From positions 96,001-160,000 of the forward strand of contig JANRKS010000040.1 in NCBI GenBank assembly GCA_033763315.1: DNA of 64,000 nt, read 5' to 3'. Positions 1 through 8,933 of the stretch are shown piece after piece. The notes beneath the pieces were generated by a model, which ran no database searches, had not been told where the DNA came from, and saw nothing but the letters and a program-made list of their open reading frames with translations. Every line of letters begins with the position of its first letter. Within the stretch, counting starts at the first letter, position 1. Source of the stretch: Deltaproteobacteria bacterium. GTDB taxonomy: Bacteria > Myxococcota_A > Polyangia > Fen-1088. Made by a program: the position numbers and the translations under genes.

Positions 1-298
1 CCAGCGCCAAGAACACAGGCGCTGCCTTCTGTAAGGCCAACGCCAAGCTGCAGTCCATCAACGCTGGGTACGGCCCTCGCGGCACCAACAACAGTGGCCC
101 CAGCTGTCGATCGACTTGCACAGGCAACGCGATGTTTTGGGATGGCGCCGGTGCTCGCAACGCAACGCCTCCCCGCACGAGCTGCAACACGCAGTCATCC
201 GTCCCGGCATCTACACCTGAAGTCGCAGGCTCGGTTTGCTCAGCACAACTCGCGTGGGCCCAAAGCAACGCCAAGCTTGCGGCAACAAGTCGGGCCAT
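1..298 (-). CDS. Secreted protein, possibly extensin-like C-terminal family; 3' end runs off the window
   Basis: ATG at 298 on the minus strand, open to the window edge: MARLVAASLALLWAHASCAEQ...PALMDCSLALALQKAAPVF. Signal-like N-terminus. The DCxLALAL segment recalls extensin-like proteins. Starts 10 bp after the TPM gene stop. Confidence 0.5.
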   Translation of the reverse strand, partial: MARLVAASLALLWAHASCAEQTEPATSGVDAGTDDCVLQLVRGGVALRAPAPSQNIALPVQVDRQLGPLLLVPRGPYPALMDCSLALALQKAAPVFLAL

Positions 299-308
299 GT
301 GCCGGCAG

Positions 309-908
309 CTAGAGTGAATCGGGAAGAAAGTTCTGCGGTACATTCACGTCGTCGTACGGCACACTCGCGGCGATGCGGTCTATCACCTTACACACCCCAG
401 TGGCCGCTGTCCCTACGCGAATGTGCTGTCGGATGATTTCAACGTCGGCCGCCCAGGCTTCACTTGAGATCAAGGCATTCAACCCACGATCGGCAAGGAT
501 GTGAACGCGCCGTTCAAACGCCGAAAGCAGAACCAACACACCGATGCGACACGGCGTCTCAAACAACGCGTGCTCAGCGAATAGTGTGACCGCGCGCCGG
601 CGCACAGCTTCGATCTCAATGACGTCTGGAATCACCCACCGCCCCACCACTGGCACGTGCAGCAGCCCCCACCACAATGCGGCCAGTGGCAATTGCAGCA
701 GCAACAGCCACACCGTCGCGAGCGTGGGCAAAGCACCATGCAACACCAACGCTGAAGCCAACGTGGCCAAGAACATGGGCAAAGCCAGCCAACGTTCGTA
801 GTCATCGCTGCGTGAAGCCTCACAAAATACGATCTCCACACCGCTGCGTTTCTCCGCGGCGGCAATGGCATCCGTGATCAGTTTGCGCCCCTCTTCGTTC
901 ACCAACAT
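309..908 (-). CDS. TPM-domain membrane protein (LemA operon partner)
   Basis: MLVNEEGRKLITDAIAAAEKRSGVEIV...GVLVLLSAFERRVHILADRG. Start ATG at 908 overlaps the upstream stop codon. The longer 274-aa ORF extension overlaps the neighbouring gene. Confidence 0.85.
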   Translation of the reverse strand: MLVNEEGRKLITDAIAAAEKRSGVEIVFCEASRSDDYERWLALPMFLATLASALVLHGALPTLATVWLLLLQLPLAALWWGLLHVPVVGRWVIPDVIEIEAVRRRAVTLFAEHALFETPCRIGVLVLLSAFERRVHILADRGLNALISSEAWAADVEIIRQHIRVGTAATGVCKVIDRIAASVPYDDVNVPQNFLPDSL

Positions 909-1669
909 CACCAATCTCCTGAAGCACCACCACCGCCGAATCCACCGCCGCCGCCTCCAAAGCCCCCGCCAAGACCACCACCAAACGGACCACCGCCCCG
1001 CCCGCCCCGCCCTGAGGACCAACCGCCCATACCCATGCCCATACCGAACGGAAACCACAAGGAGGATCGCCGCCGCCGGCGGCCCGCTGATAAGAACAGC
1101 AATGCCAGCACAGCAAGCAAAGGAAACAACCACGGCCGCGACGCGCGCGCTTGCGTGGTGTGTTTGCGTGCGGCCCCCGTCGATTCATTCTGTGCGGCCG
1201 CCATCAGGGCATCGAACCCGGCCATCAAGCCACCTGCGTAATCACCGCTGCGAAAGTGCGGTTTCATTTGGTTGTCGATCACCTGCCGCGACACCGCGTC
1301 CGTAATCACACCCTCAAGTCCATACCCGACTTCCACACGAACGCGACGTTCCTGCACAGCCAAAAGCACCAGCAAACCATCGTCGCGTTGCTTGTCACCC
1401 AGCTTCCAAGCGTCCGCCACCTGAATGCTGAACTCTTCAAGCGGTGAGCCGTCCAGGCTCTTGACCGTCAGCAAGGCAAATTGATGGCCCGTACGCTGTT
1501 CATACGCGGCTAGGGTGGATTCAAGCTCCTGTTGCTGTTGCGCCGACAGTACGCCCGCTTGATCTTCCACGCGCCGGCTTAAGGTGGGCACCGGCGCCGC
1601 TTGCGCGATGCCCACCCAGGCAATCACCCCAATGATCGAGAGCCACAAGCGCCCCATGGCGGTCTGCAC
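908..1669 (-). CDS. TPM-domain (YgcG-like) protein with Gly-rich tail
   Basis: Signal peptide, RVEDQAGVLS, RVEVGYGLEG, one TM helix, C-terminal GGGGGFGGGGASGDW. Confidence 0.92.
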   Translation of the reverse strand: MQTAMGRLWLSIIGVIAWVGIAQAAPVPTLSRRVEDQAGVLSAQQQQELESTLAAYEQRTGHQFALLTVKSLDGSPLEEFSIQVADAWKLGDKQRDDGLLVLLAVQERRVRVEVGYGLEGVITDAVSRQVIDNQMKPHFRSGDYAGGLMAGFDALMAAAQNESTGAARKHTTQARASRPWLFPLLAVLALLFLSAGRRRRRSSLWFPFGMGMGMGGWSSGRGGRGGGPFGGGLGGGFGGGGGGFGGGGASGDW

Positions 1670-2248
1670 TTAAAACTTCACTTCAGGGGCGCGCTCGGCA
1701 CCAGGCGTGCTGGCCGTGAAGGTGGCCCGGGCTGATTTACCTCGAATGCGGGCGCCAACGCTGGTGGGCAGCTTCTGCACGTATGCGTTGTAGTCAGCCA
1801 CGTTGGCGATGTAGCGCTGCCGAGCCACAGCGATGCGGTTCTCTGTGCCCTCGAGTTGAGCCATCAGATCGCGGTAGGCAGCGGACACTTTCAGATCAGG
1901 GTAATTCTCAACCGTTGCCAGCAGCCGTGACAAAGCGCCCGAGAGTTTTGCCTGCGCTTCTTCAAAGCGCTTCAGTCGCTCCGGATCGTCAACGATGGAC
2001 GCATCCATTTTGATCGACGTAGCGTTGGCGCGCGCCTCGATCACCCGCGTGAGTGTTTCCTGTTCAAAGTTCGCAGCGCCTTTGACGGTGTTCACCAAAT
2101 TCGGAATCAGATCGGCGCGGCGTTGGTATTGGTTTTCAACCTCCGACCACGAGCCTTTCACCGCCTCATCCTTATCAATCACGCCGTTGTATCCGCAAGC
2201 GCTTGCCGCGCACAGAACAGCCACAGCCATAGCTTTCACAGTTTTCAT
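1670..2248 (-). CDS. lemA: LemA family lipoprotein
   Basis: CGYN lipobox-like start, YQRRADLIPNLV, ENYPDLK, LEGTENRIAVAR. Confidence 0.95.
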   Translation of the reverse strand: MKTVKAMAVAVLCAASACGYNGVIDKDEAVKGSWSEVENQYQRRADLIPNLVNTVKGAANFEQETLTRVIEARANATSIKMDASIVDDPERLKRFEEAQAKLSGALSRLLATVENYPDLKVSAAYRDLMAQLEGTENRIAVARQRYIANVADYNAYVQKLPTSVGARIRGKSARATFTASTPGAERAPEVKF

Positions 2249-2263
2249 AATTTGCCCCACGCT

Positions 2264-2533
2264 TTACGGATTCGACGCAGAGCCACGCCGGATCAAGCGC
2301 AGCAACAGCAACAACACCACGGCCCCAACGAACGCCACGATGATGGTTCCCGCTAACCCTCCGACCGGTACGCCAGCGCCGACCGCGCGAAACAAGAAGC
2401 CGCCGATGAAAGCGCCCACGATGCCCACCACGATGTCGCCCACAACGCCAAAACCACCGCCGACAACCGCTGAAGCCAACCAACCCGCGATCAAACCGAC
2501 GGCCAACCAAAGCAAGAATGTTTCGAGTGTCAT
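2264..2533 (-). CDS. GlsB/YeaQ/YmgE family stress-response membrane protein
   Basis: GLIAGWLA...IVVGIVGAFIGG...AFVGAVVLL; GAGGA RBS before ATG 2533. Confidence 0.92.
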   Translation of the reverse strand: MTLETFLLWLAVGLIAGWLASAVVGGGFGVVGDIVVGIVGAFIGGFLFRAVGAGVPVGGLAGTIIVAFVGAVVLLLLLRLIRRGSASNP

Positions 2534-2556
2534 GTGTTTCCTCGACGGCACCCAAC

Positions 2557-2572
2557 TGCAGACGATGTGCCA
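2557..2572 (-). promoter_or_regulatory. sigma54 (-24/-12) promoter candidate for the GlsB-lemA-TPM operon
   Basis: Minus strand TGGCACATCGTCTGCA matches TGGCAC-N5-YTGCW with exact GG/GC spacing, about 24 nt before the ATG. Confidence 0.65.
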
Positions 2573-2690
2573 TATGGTGGGCGCGCGATTCGTGGCGTTT
2601 GCGCACCGTTAGGTTACGAAGTGGTGCGCGGCGCTTGTCCGCGTTACATGACAGTAGCGTCAGTATGGTCTTACAGAAGACCAATGGTTA

Positions 2691-3003
2691 GTGAACAGCG
2701 TTGACCGCGTGCTTGTGGCGGGCAGCCGCAACGGCTATTCGTGGTCCTATTCGGATCCTGTGAACCAAACGGGCAAGATTCAAGAGATCAGCGCCACCTT
2801 CGATCCAGCAAACTTGTTCGTTTGGACGATCACATCGCCCGCATCGCTGAGCTGCAACGCCGGGTGAACGTCAACACAGGCAGCGGCTCGCTGGTCACAA
2901 AAGCTGTAGCAGCGTGACGCGGCCGAAGGCGACGCTTTCCAACATCACGGATAGCGGCGTGTTCGAGAACGCGGGCAAAGTGCTGCCGCTGTTTGGGGCG
3001 TAA
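2691..3003 (+). pseudogene. Possible frameshifted remnant of a secreted beta-rich protein
   Basis: Three abutting short frames read like protein (VNSVDRVLVAGSRNGYSWSYSDPVNQTGKIQEISATFDPANLFVWTIT / VNVNTGSGSLVT / SCSSVTRPKATLSNITDSGVFENAGKVLPLFGA*) in an otherwise empty gap. Confidence 0.3.
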
Positions 3004-3265
3004 GTGCTGGGAGCGAAGGCCGCGCACGTTTCATCCCCCCCGGGGCGCGAGGCGCCCTCAGTGGATTCGTTTTGGGACACCACCACCACCACCATCGTCG
3101 ACGCCGCTGTGTTAGCCGTGCCCAGGTGCAGACCTCGTAGCGCCAAGCATGGGGCGCACGCCCCAAGGCGCCACCACATTCGGCCTCGCCGGACTCTTTA
3201 GTGGGCGCACACGCCGTAGGTTGGCGGATCCGCACACGCCGTCTACACTGTCGGCCGCCAGCGCC

Positions 3266-4210
3266 ATGTCGTATTGGAATCTGCTTTCGCTCACCCTGCC
3301 TGTCTTCAGCTTGATCGCCATCGGCGTGGGCGTGCGGCGCGTGGGATGGGTCGAAGACGCGGCTGAAGCGAGCCTCATCAGGTTGGTGGTGAACCTTCTG
3401 ATGCCCTGCCTGATCTTCGAGTCCATTGTGGGCAACGCGGCTATGCACACCTTGGGCAACATCCTGCTGCCGCCTTTGGTGGGCTTTTCATTTACGGCCG
3501 TGGGGCTCGGCGTGGCGCTTTATGTGGCCCGACGCTTGCGGTTGGGTGACCGCCCCAGCGAACGCACGTTTGCTCTAACGGCGGGCCTCGCGAACTATGG
3601 TTATCTACCGCTGCCCATCATGGCTGCCATGTTCGGTCCGCAAAGCCAGGGCATTCTGCTGGTGCACAACGTGGGTGTTGAAGGCGCCGTGTGGACCCTG
3701 GGCGTGTTGGTGTTGAGCGGGTTGTCATTGCGGCAAGGCTGGAAGAAGCTGTTGAACCCCGTCGTGTTGACGATGTTCGTCGCCGTGCCTTTGAACCTGT
3801 CAGGCCTGGTCAGCTACGTGCCCACTTTGGCAACCGACATCATTCATGCGCTCGCCCGTTGCATGATTCCCCTGGGTCTGCTGATGACAGGTGTAAACTT
3901 GGCCCAGTACATCCGCGAGCCCAAACTTTTGTTCTCGCCACGCGTGCTTGTGGGCGCTTCGGTGCTCCGACTCGGCGTGCTGCCTTTGCTGATGTTGTGT
4001 GGGGCTCGCTGGTTGCCCTGCCCCATTGAGCTTAAGCGCGTGTTGGTGGTGCAGGCCGCCATGCCCTCGGCCGTGATCCCCATCATCATTGCCCGCCATT
4101 ATGGCGGCGTGCCTTTGACCGCCGTGCAAATCGTGCTCGGCACCACGCTGGTAAGCGTGTTCACGTGCCCCTTGTGGATCAGGGCCGGACTCGTTTGGGT
4201 CGGCATATAG
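3266..4210 (+). CDS. AEC (auxin efflux carrier) family transporter
   Basis: Multi-TM protein; NYGYLPLP, QAAMPSA, LLNP motifs. Probable start MSYWNLL at 3266. Confidence 0.9.
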   Translation: MSYWNLLSLTLPVFSLIAIGVGVRRVGWVEDAAEASLIRLVVNLLMPCLIFESIVGNAAMHTLGNILLPPLVGFSFTAVGLGVALYVARRLRLGDRPSERTFALTAGLANYGYLPLPIMAAMFGPQSQGILLVHNVGVEGAVWTLGVLVLSGLSLRQGWKKLLNPVVLTMFVAVPLNLSGLVSYVPTLATDIIHALARCMIPLGLLMTGVNLAQYIREPKLLFSPRVLVGASVLRLGVLPLLMLCGARWLPCPIELKRVLVVQAAMPSAVIPIIIARHYGGVPLTAVQIVLGTTLVSVFTCPLWIRAGLVWVGI

Positions 4211-4216
4211 CGCGCG

Positions 4217-5209
4217 CTACTTCACGAACGCGATGTCATCGACGTGGATCTCGAACGCGGCGTTGGCGGGCGCAACGAATTCGATGCCCGTCGTTTCCTT
4301 GGGCACAAAAGGTCCAAAGACGGGCGGCCGCAACGTGTCCAGATCGTTGAACGCCACATAATAACGCTTCCACTCCGGGCCCAGCTGCAATTGCCTTCCC
4401 CAATAGTCATCACAATTGACGTCCACCGTGCACACGTCTCCCCAGCGCGCGTTGTTCTTGTCTGAGATCTTCAACCGCACAACCGTCGCCGCAGCTGCGC
4501 GCGCGTAAAATGCGATGCCTTTATAGCGGGTGGCATCATAGAACTGGCGAGGCGACAGCGGGCCTTTGAAATCAAGCGCAACCACCGCGCCCCAAAAAGT
4601 AAAGCCGCTGCCGCTATACACGCTTGATTTTGTGCTGGTGCAACGTGCTTCCAAAGCCGTGGTGACGCTGATGTTGCCCGCTGTGCCGTCTGTGAAGATC
4701 TGAGCAGGTGCCGCGGGTGTGCGGTCGCCCACCGCCACTGTTTCCACCGCCGTGCTCTCGAACGTGGCCAAAACGTCTTCTGCGGGCGGCCCGGCGGCAT
4801 TGCAGTTCATAGGCTCGCCCACAAGTGCAGCCTTGGTGGGTGAAGCCGCGTCCAACTTCGGCGCGGCATCCAACTTGGCAGGGGCATCCATCCTGGGCGC
4901 GGCGTCCAACTTTGCCGCCGTGTCGAGCGATGTCGCATCTTGAGACTGCAACCCAGCGTCAAAACCAGCATCGACATTCTCATTGTTGTTCTCATTGTTA
5001 GGTGGCAACGCTCCTGCCTGCCCACCGCCGCCCGTTGCCTTGCTGCCTGCGGCGCCGCCACGACCACCGCCCCCACCGCTGCCGACAGTGCCGTCCGCAC
5101 CGATCGCCACGTTCTCTTCACGCGTCTGGGGCGCACAGCCAGCATCAAGCAAAGCAATCACGGCGAAACAAACCAACCAAACTTTGTACGTTACGGAAGC
5201 GCGGTTCAC
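4217..5209 (-). CDS. Lipoprotein with low-complexity linker and C-terminal CBM11/CIA30-like carbohydrate-binding domain
   Basis: LLDAGC lipobox-like, Gly-rich and KLDAAP linker, YDATRYKGIAFYAR...WKRYYVAFNDL...FEIHVDDIAF. Start uncertain (GTG at 5209). Confidence 0.7.
   Translation of the reverse strand: MNRASVTYKVWLVCFAVIALLDAGCAPQTREENVAIGADGTVGSGGGGGRGGAAGSKATGGGGQAGALPPNNENNNENVDAGFDAGLQSQDATSLDTAAKLDAAPRMDAPAKLDAAPKLDAASPTKAALVGEPMNCNAAGPPAEDVLATFESTAVETVAVGDRTPAAPAQIFTDGTAGNISVTTALEARCTSTKSSVYSGSGFTFWGAVVALDFKGPLSPRQFYDATRYKGIAFYARAAAATVVRLKISDKNNARWGDVCTVDVNCDDYWGRQLQLGPEWKRYYVAFNDLDTLRPPVFGPFVPKETTGIEFVAPANAAFEIHVDDIAFVK
4845..4940 (-). repeat. Imperfect 18-bp coding tandem repeat ((A/P)KLDAA, about 5 units)
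   Basis: Plus strand tccaacttcggcgcggca tccaacttggcaggggca tccatcctgggcgcggcg tccaactttgccgccgtg. Confidence 0.8.
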
Positions 5210-5288
5210 GCGCTTGACGCTAGCAAGGCCACGGGCACCGGCCCCAACTCTTACATAGACAGGCCGTGAAAGCGCTTGCGCGGCCGAC

Positions 5289-7355
5289 TTATGGCGACAG
5301 TTCTTTGACGAGGCGATCCGCGCCGTAAATCTTCCCAAGCGCGCGCAAGATCGCGATCGACGCCACCGACACAGTTCGATTGGTGGCCGGATCGAAACCG
5401 TAGTCGCCGCCCAACGATTGGATGTTTCCGTCGAACACCAAGCCAATCACCTCGCGTTCGGCCGTGATCACCGGCGAGCCTGAGTTGCCGCCGATGATGT
5501 CGTTGTTGCTGGCGAAGTTCAGCGGCGTTTGCAGATCGAAGGTGCGCTCCACATTGAGCCACGTCTTTGGCAGCGCAAACGGCTCGCGGCCCGTGTGCAA
5601 TTGAAAAGATCCCGCGAACGTTGTTATCGGCTGGACCATCTCATTGCCCTGCACGTAGCCTTTGATGCTGCCGTAGTTAAGGCGAGGTGAAAAGGTGGCG
5701 TCTGGATAGGTTTGTGTGCCTTCCAATACGAACCGCGCCTTAGCGATGCTCTCCGTATTTTGCAGCATCGTGGCGTCCACTTCGGTGTCCCACTCCTTAC
5801 GTACCAAACGCGCTTGCACGTCGATCTTCTGCGCCAGCGCCAGCAATGGATCCGATTTGGCTGCGGCGGCCACAGCGGCGGTTCCACCCTGCCAAAGCTT
5901 GCGCCTCACACCAACATCAGCCAGCCGTGTGCCTTTGACCAACGCCACCGCCAGTTCTTCGGGTGATTGTGGACCTAAGATCTGAACCACAAACGGGTGC
6001 GCTGGCCCAAGCTCTTCGCGCAGCTTCGTAAAGTAATGCGTTAGCAGCAGGGTTTGCACCTGGCTGTATACGGGCGCTTGGCTAAACAAACGCTGCAACA
6101 GCGTAGGCAGCGCCGACTCACGGAATTCTTCCAAGCGTTTTTCATTTGGCACGCCCAGCTCAGTTGTGCCGCGCACCAGTGTGCGGGCGATCTGCATCAA
6201 GTCGGACCGAACGCCGCCGTAGCCTTCGATGAAGAAGAATGATTTGCGAAGTTGCTTTTGCCGTTCAACCGCCTTAGCGATCGCATCCCACGCACCCGCC
6301 GTCGTGCGCCGCAACTGCGGATTCGCCGCCACTTTCGACCGCAAACGTCGTTCATCTGCAAGCTTGGCCGCCACCAGCTGGCCCTGCATCAGCGCGTTCC
6401 ATCGCCCGCGCACGGCTTTGAAACGATTCTCCACGCCAAAGAGAAGATCCTGCGACGTGCGGCGCTCTTCCGCGCCACGGCGGCCGTATTCCGTCAGCAC
6501 CCCCCGCAACTCAGACAACGACATCAACGCTTCGGGCAACGCCACGTCACGCTGGTAAACAAGTTGCGCCCACGTAAGCAGTCGTTCCGTGTTGCCAGGG
6601 TTTCCCGACACAAACGTCAACAAGCCTTCTTTGGGCTCATGACTTGACCAACGAAAATGTTCGGTCGTCACAGCGGGTTTGCCGCCTTCATAGGCACGCA
6701 CGAAGGAAACATCCAGGTCGTAGCGGGGGAAGGTGAAGTTATAGGGATCGCCACCAAAGAATGCAACGGCGTCTTCCGGCGCAAACACCAACCGCACATC
6801 CTCGAACCGCTTATACCTGTGCAGTCGGTATTGCCCGCCATGGTAAAGGCCAACCACTTCGCAGCGCGTTTGCTGGTCGGTTTGGCAAGCCCGTTCAAGC
6901 TCTGCCTGCGCCGCTTTAAGCGCGTCGTGGTAGCGCTCGCCTTGCAACCCTTGCGTGGCTTTGACCACGGCGGCGGTGACGTCGCGGATCTCTTGCAGTT
7001 GGTGCACCTCCATATCGGGGCACCGACGCTCATCGGCTTGTGCCTTCGCGGAAAACCCCATCGCCGCGAGGTCTTGCTCTTTGGTTGAAAGCGCCTGGAT
7101 GCACGTGCGCGCGCAGTGGTGGTTGGTGGCCACGAGGCCGGTGGCGCTTACAAAGCTGCCTGAACAGCCGCCCGCCAAGCGCACCGACGCGTGCATCACG
7201 TGGGCAAGCCAGGCGTCATCAGGCTCGAAGCCGTAAGCGGCTTTCACCTTTGCCTTGGGAAAGTTATCGAACGTCCACATGCCCTCGTCAGCACGCGCCA
7301 ACGTAGCTACAGACAGGCTCAAAACAACAGCACACCAGCCAGCAGAGCGAAACAT
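5289..7355 (-). CDS. S46 family dipeptidyl peptidase
   Basis: ADEGMW N-terminus, GCSGSFVS, TNHHC, DIIGGNSGSPV, GLVFDGN. Confidence 0.95.
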   Translation of the reverse strand: MFRSAGWCAVVLSLSVATLARADEGMWTFDNFPKAKVKAAYGFEPDDAWLAHVMHASVRLAGGCSGSFVSATGLVATNHHCARTCIQALSTKEQDLAAMGFSAKAQADERRCPDMEVHQLQEIRDVTAAVVKATQGLQGERYHDALKAAQAELERACQTDQQTRCEVVGLYHGGQYRLHRYKRFEDVRLVFAPEDAVAFFGGDPYNFTFPRYDLDVSFVRAYEGGKPAVTTEHFRWSSHEPKEGLLTFVSGNPGNTERLLTWAQLVYQRDVALPEALMSLSELRGVLTEYGRRGAEERRTSQDLLFGVENRFKAVRGRWNALMQGQLVAAKLADERRLRSKVAANPQLRRTTAGAWDAIAKAVERQKQLRKSFFFIEGYGGVRSDLMQIARTLVRGTTELGVPNEKRLEEFRESALPTLLQRLFSQAPVYSQVQTLLLTHYFTKLREELGPAHPFVVQILGPQSPEELAVALVKGTRLADVGVRRKLWQGGTAAVAAAAKSDPLLALAQKIDVQARLVRKEWDTEVDATMLQNTESIAKARFVLEGTQTYPDATFSPRLNYGSIKGYVQGNEMVQPITTFAGSFQLHTGREPFALPKTWLNVERTFDLQTPLNFASNNDIIGGNSGSPVITAEREVIGLVFDGNIQSLGGDYGFDPATNRTVSVASIAILRALGKIYGADRLVKELSP

Positions 7356-7389
7356 GCGCGGCAGTGTAGCGGCTTTGTGCCCGTGGCGC

Positions 7390-8391
7390 TCAGCCGCCGC
7401 CGGCGTCGGGCACGGGCGCCAAGGATGCGGGCGGGGTGTAAGGCGCGAAAGCGGCCGCGGAAAGCCGTTCGGCGTTGAACGCGGCCAATTCGTGCGCGGA
7501 ATACGCGTGGGCCGAGCCGTACGGCAGGTTCATGCGTATGAACGAGAGAATCGCCGCGCGCATGGCGCCCGCACCCGACGCCCCCGCGTCGCCTTTGTCC
7601 TCTCGGCATTCATCCCAACGTGCGAACAGCAACTTGCGTCGCTCCGCCGTCGAAAGCGCGGTGTTGCCCCAGATCGCGGCAAGCTCACCCGTCAAAGAAA
7701 ACAGGGCCTGCCGTTCATTCTCTGCCTGCACCTTGAGACGTCGACAAAGCCGCTCCTCACGCGTGGCCTCGGCCAAACGATGCTGCTCATAACGATAGGG
7801 GTTCTCGCCCAGCTTCTTCATCACAGAATCGGTGACATCAAACACGATGCCGGCGCCTGCAATATGGGCGCTGGGATCAACAAAGCTTTCAATGCTGCCA
7901 TCGTCAGCCAGCTTCATCTTCACACCCGAGCGCCCCTCGATCACCTTTGCGTCTTTAGGCCCAGGGCTTCGCTTGATCACGTTGGGAACGCGGTTGGCAA
8001 ACATTTCATTTGGATCCTCGTCGCCCACCGGGGGCCCCACCATCGGCACCCGCGGCGCGGCCCGCAACGTCCACAACCGATCAACCGCCTCGTCCCCACG
8101 CACCGCGGGGGCGGTTTCGATTGTGGCTGGCTCCGAGGCGGGCACGGCACTTGTCCCCCGCACGCCAATGGCCGCGCGCGGCGGCCGGCCGGGCGCGGGC
8201 AACGCCTGCGGAACCTCTTTGAGTTCGGGAGTGGCCGCACGAGGCGTGATCGAGGGAGAGTAAACCACTTCAAGCTCAACGGCCGCGGGCGGATCCTGCA
8301 CAAGCGGATGGCTGCCCTTTCTCAAGAAGAGCACCAAAACGATGTGCACCACCGCGGAGGCCACGGTTGCCGCCCAAATGCGCCTCGACAC
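7390..8391 (-). CDS. Hypothetical membrane-anchored protein (myxobacterial type)
   Basis: N-terminal SAVVH TM (TonB-like anchor), Pro/Ala linker, C-terminal GENPY...ERRKLLFARWDEC. Confidence 0.7.
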   Translation of the reverse strand: MSRRIWAATVASAVVHIVLVLFLRKGSHPLVQDPPAAVELEVVYSPSITPRAATPELKEVPQALPAPGRPPRAAIGVRGTSAVPASEPATIETAPAVRGDEAVDRLWTLRAAPRVPMVGPPVGDEDPNEMFANRVPNVIKRSPGPKDAKVIEGRSGVKMKLADDGSIESFVDPSAHIAGAGIVFDVTDSVMKKLGENPYRYEQHRLAEATREERLCRRLKVQAENERQALFSLTGELAAIWGNTALSTAERRKLLFARWDECREDKGDAGASGAGAMRAAILSFIRMNLPYGSAHAYSAHELAAFNAERLSAAAFAPYTPPASLAPVPDAGGG

Positions 8392-8469
8392 CCGAGGACT
8401 CTAGCGCAGGTCTAGCGTCAGGGGGAAGCCGAGGCGCATGCCTGACTTGAAGCGGCTGCCTATTGTAGG

Positions 8470-8904
8470 ATGCCGCCCATGCCCACCATCAAGCTTGCGC
8501 CGACTCCGGAAGATCACCGGCTTTGTTTCCCCGTGATGAAACAACTGCGCCCACATTTGACGGAGGACGAATTCGTTGAACGCGTGGGCAGGCAGGCCCG
8601 CGAAGGTTACTTGCTGGCATACTTGGAAGATGAGGGTGAAGTTCGCGGGGTCGCCGGCTTTCGTATTTTCGAATGCCTTCACCAGGGGCGATTCCTTTAC
8701 GTCGACGATCTGGTGACGGACGAACGTTCACGGTCGCGCGGCTATGGCGATAAACTGTTTGATTGGCTCGCGGCTAAGGCGCGCGCCGACGGTTGCGAAG
8801 CACTCACCCTAGACTCTGGCGTGCAAAGACACGACGCGCACCGCTTCTACCTGCGTAAGCGCATGCGCATTGCTAGCTACCACTTCTCGCTGCCTCTTTC
8901 ATAA
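8470..8904 (+). CDS. GNAT family N-acetyltransferase
   Basis: LYVDDLVT, RSRGYG acetyl-CoA loop, LDSGVQR..AHRFY. Confidence 0.93.
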   Translation: MPPMPTIKLAPTPEDHRLCFPVMKQLRPHLTEDEFVERVGRQAREGYLLAYLEDEGEVRGVAGFRIFECLHQGRFLYVDDLVTDERSRSRGYGDKLFDWLAAKARADGCEALTLDSGVQRHDAHRFYLRKRMRIASYHFSLPLS

Positions 8905-8933
8905 AGGCCGCGGACGCGGCGTTCCGCTGCCCG

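Noticed and set aside
7255-8415. 386-aa plus-strand ORF and other long antisense ORFs (e.g. 41424-42317, 43068-43895, 54168-55034)
   Set aside because: Shadow ORFs opposite better-supported genes, as expected in high-GC DNA.
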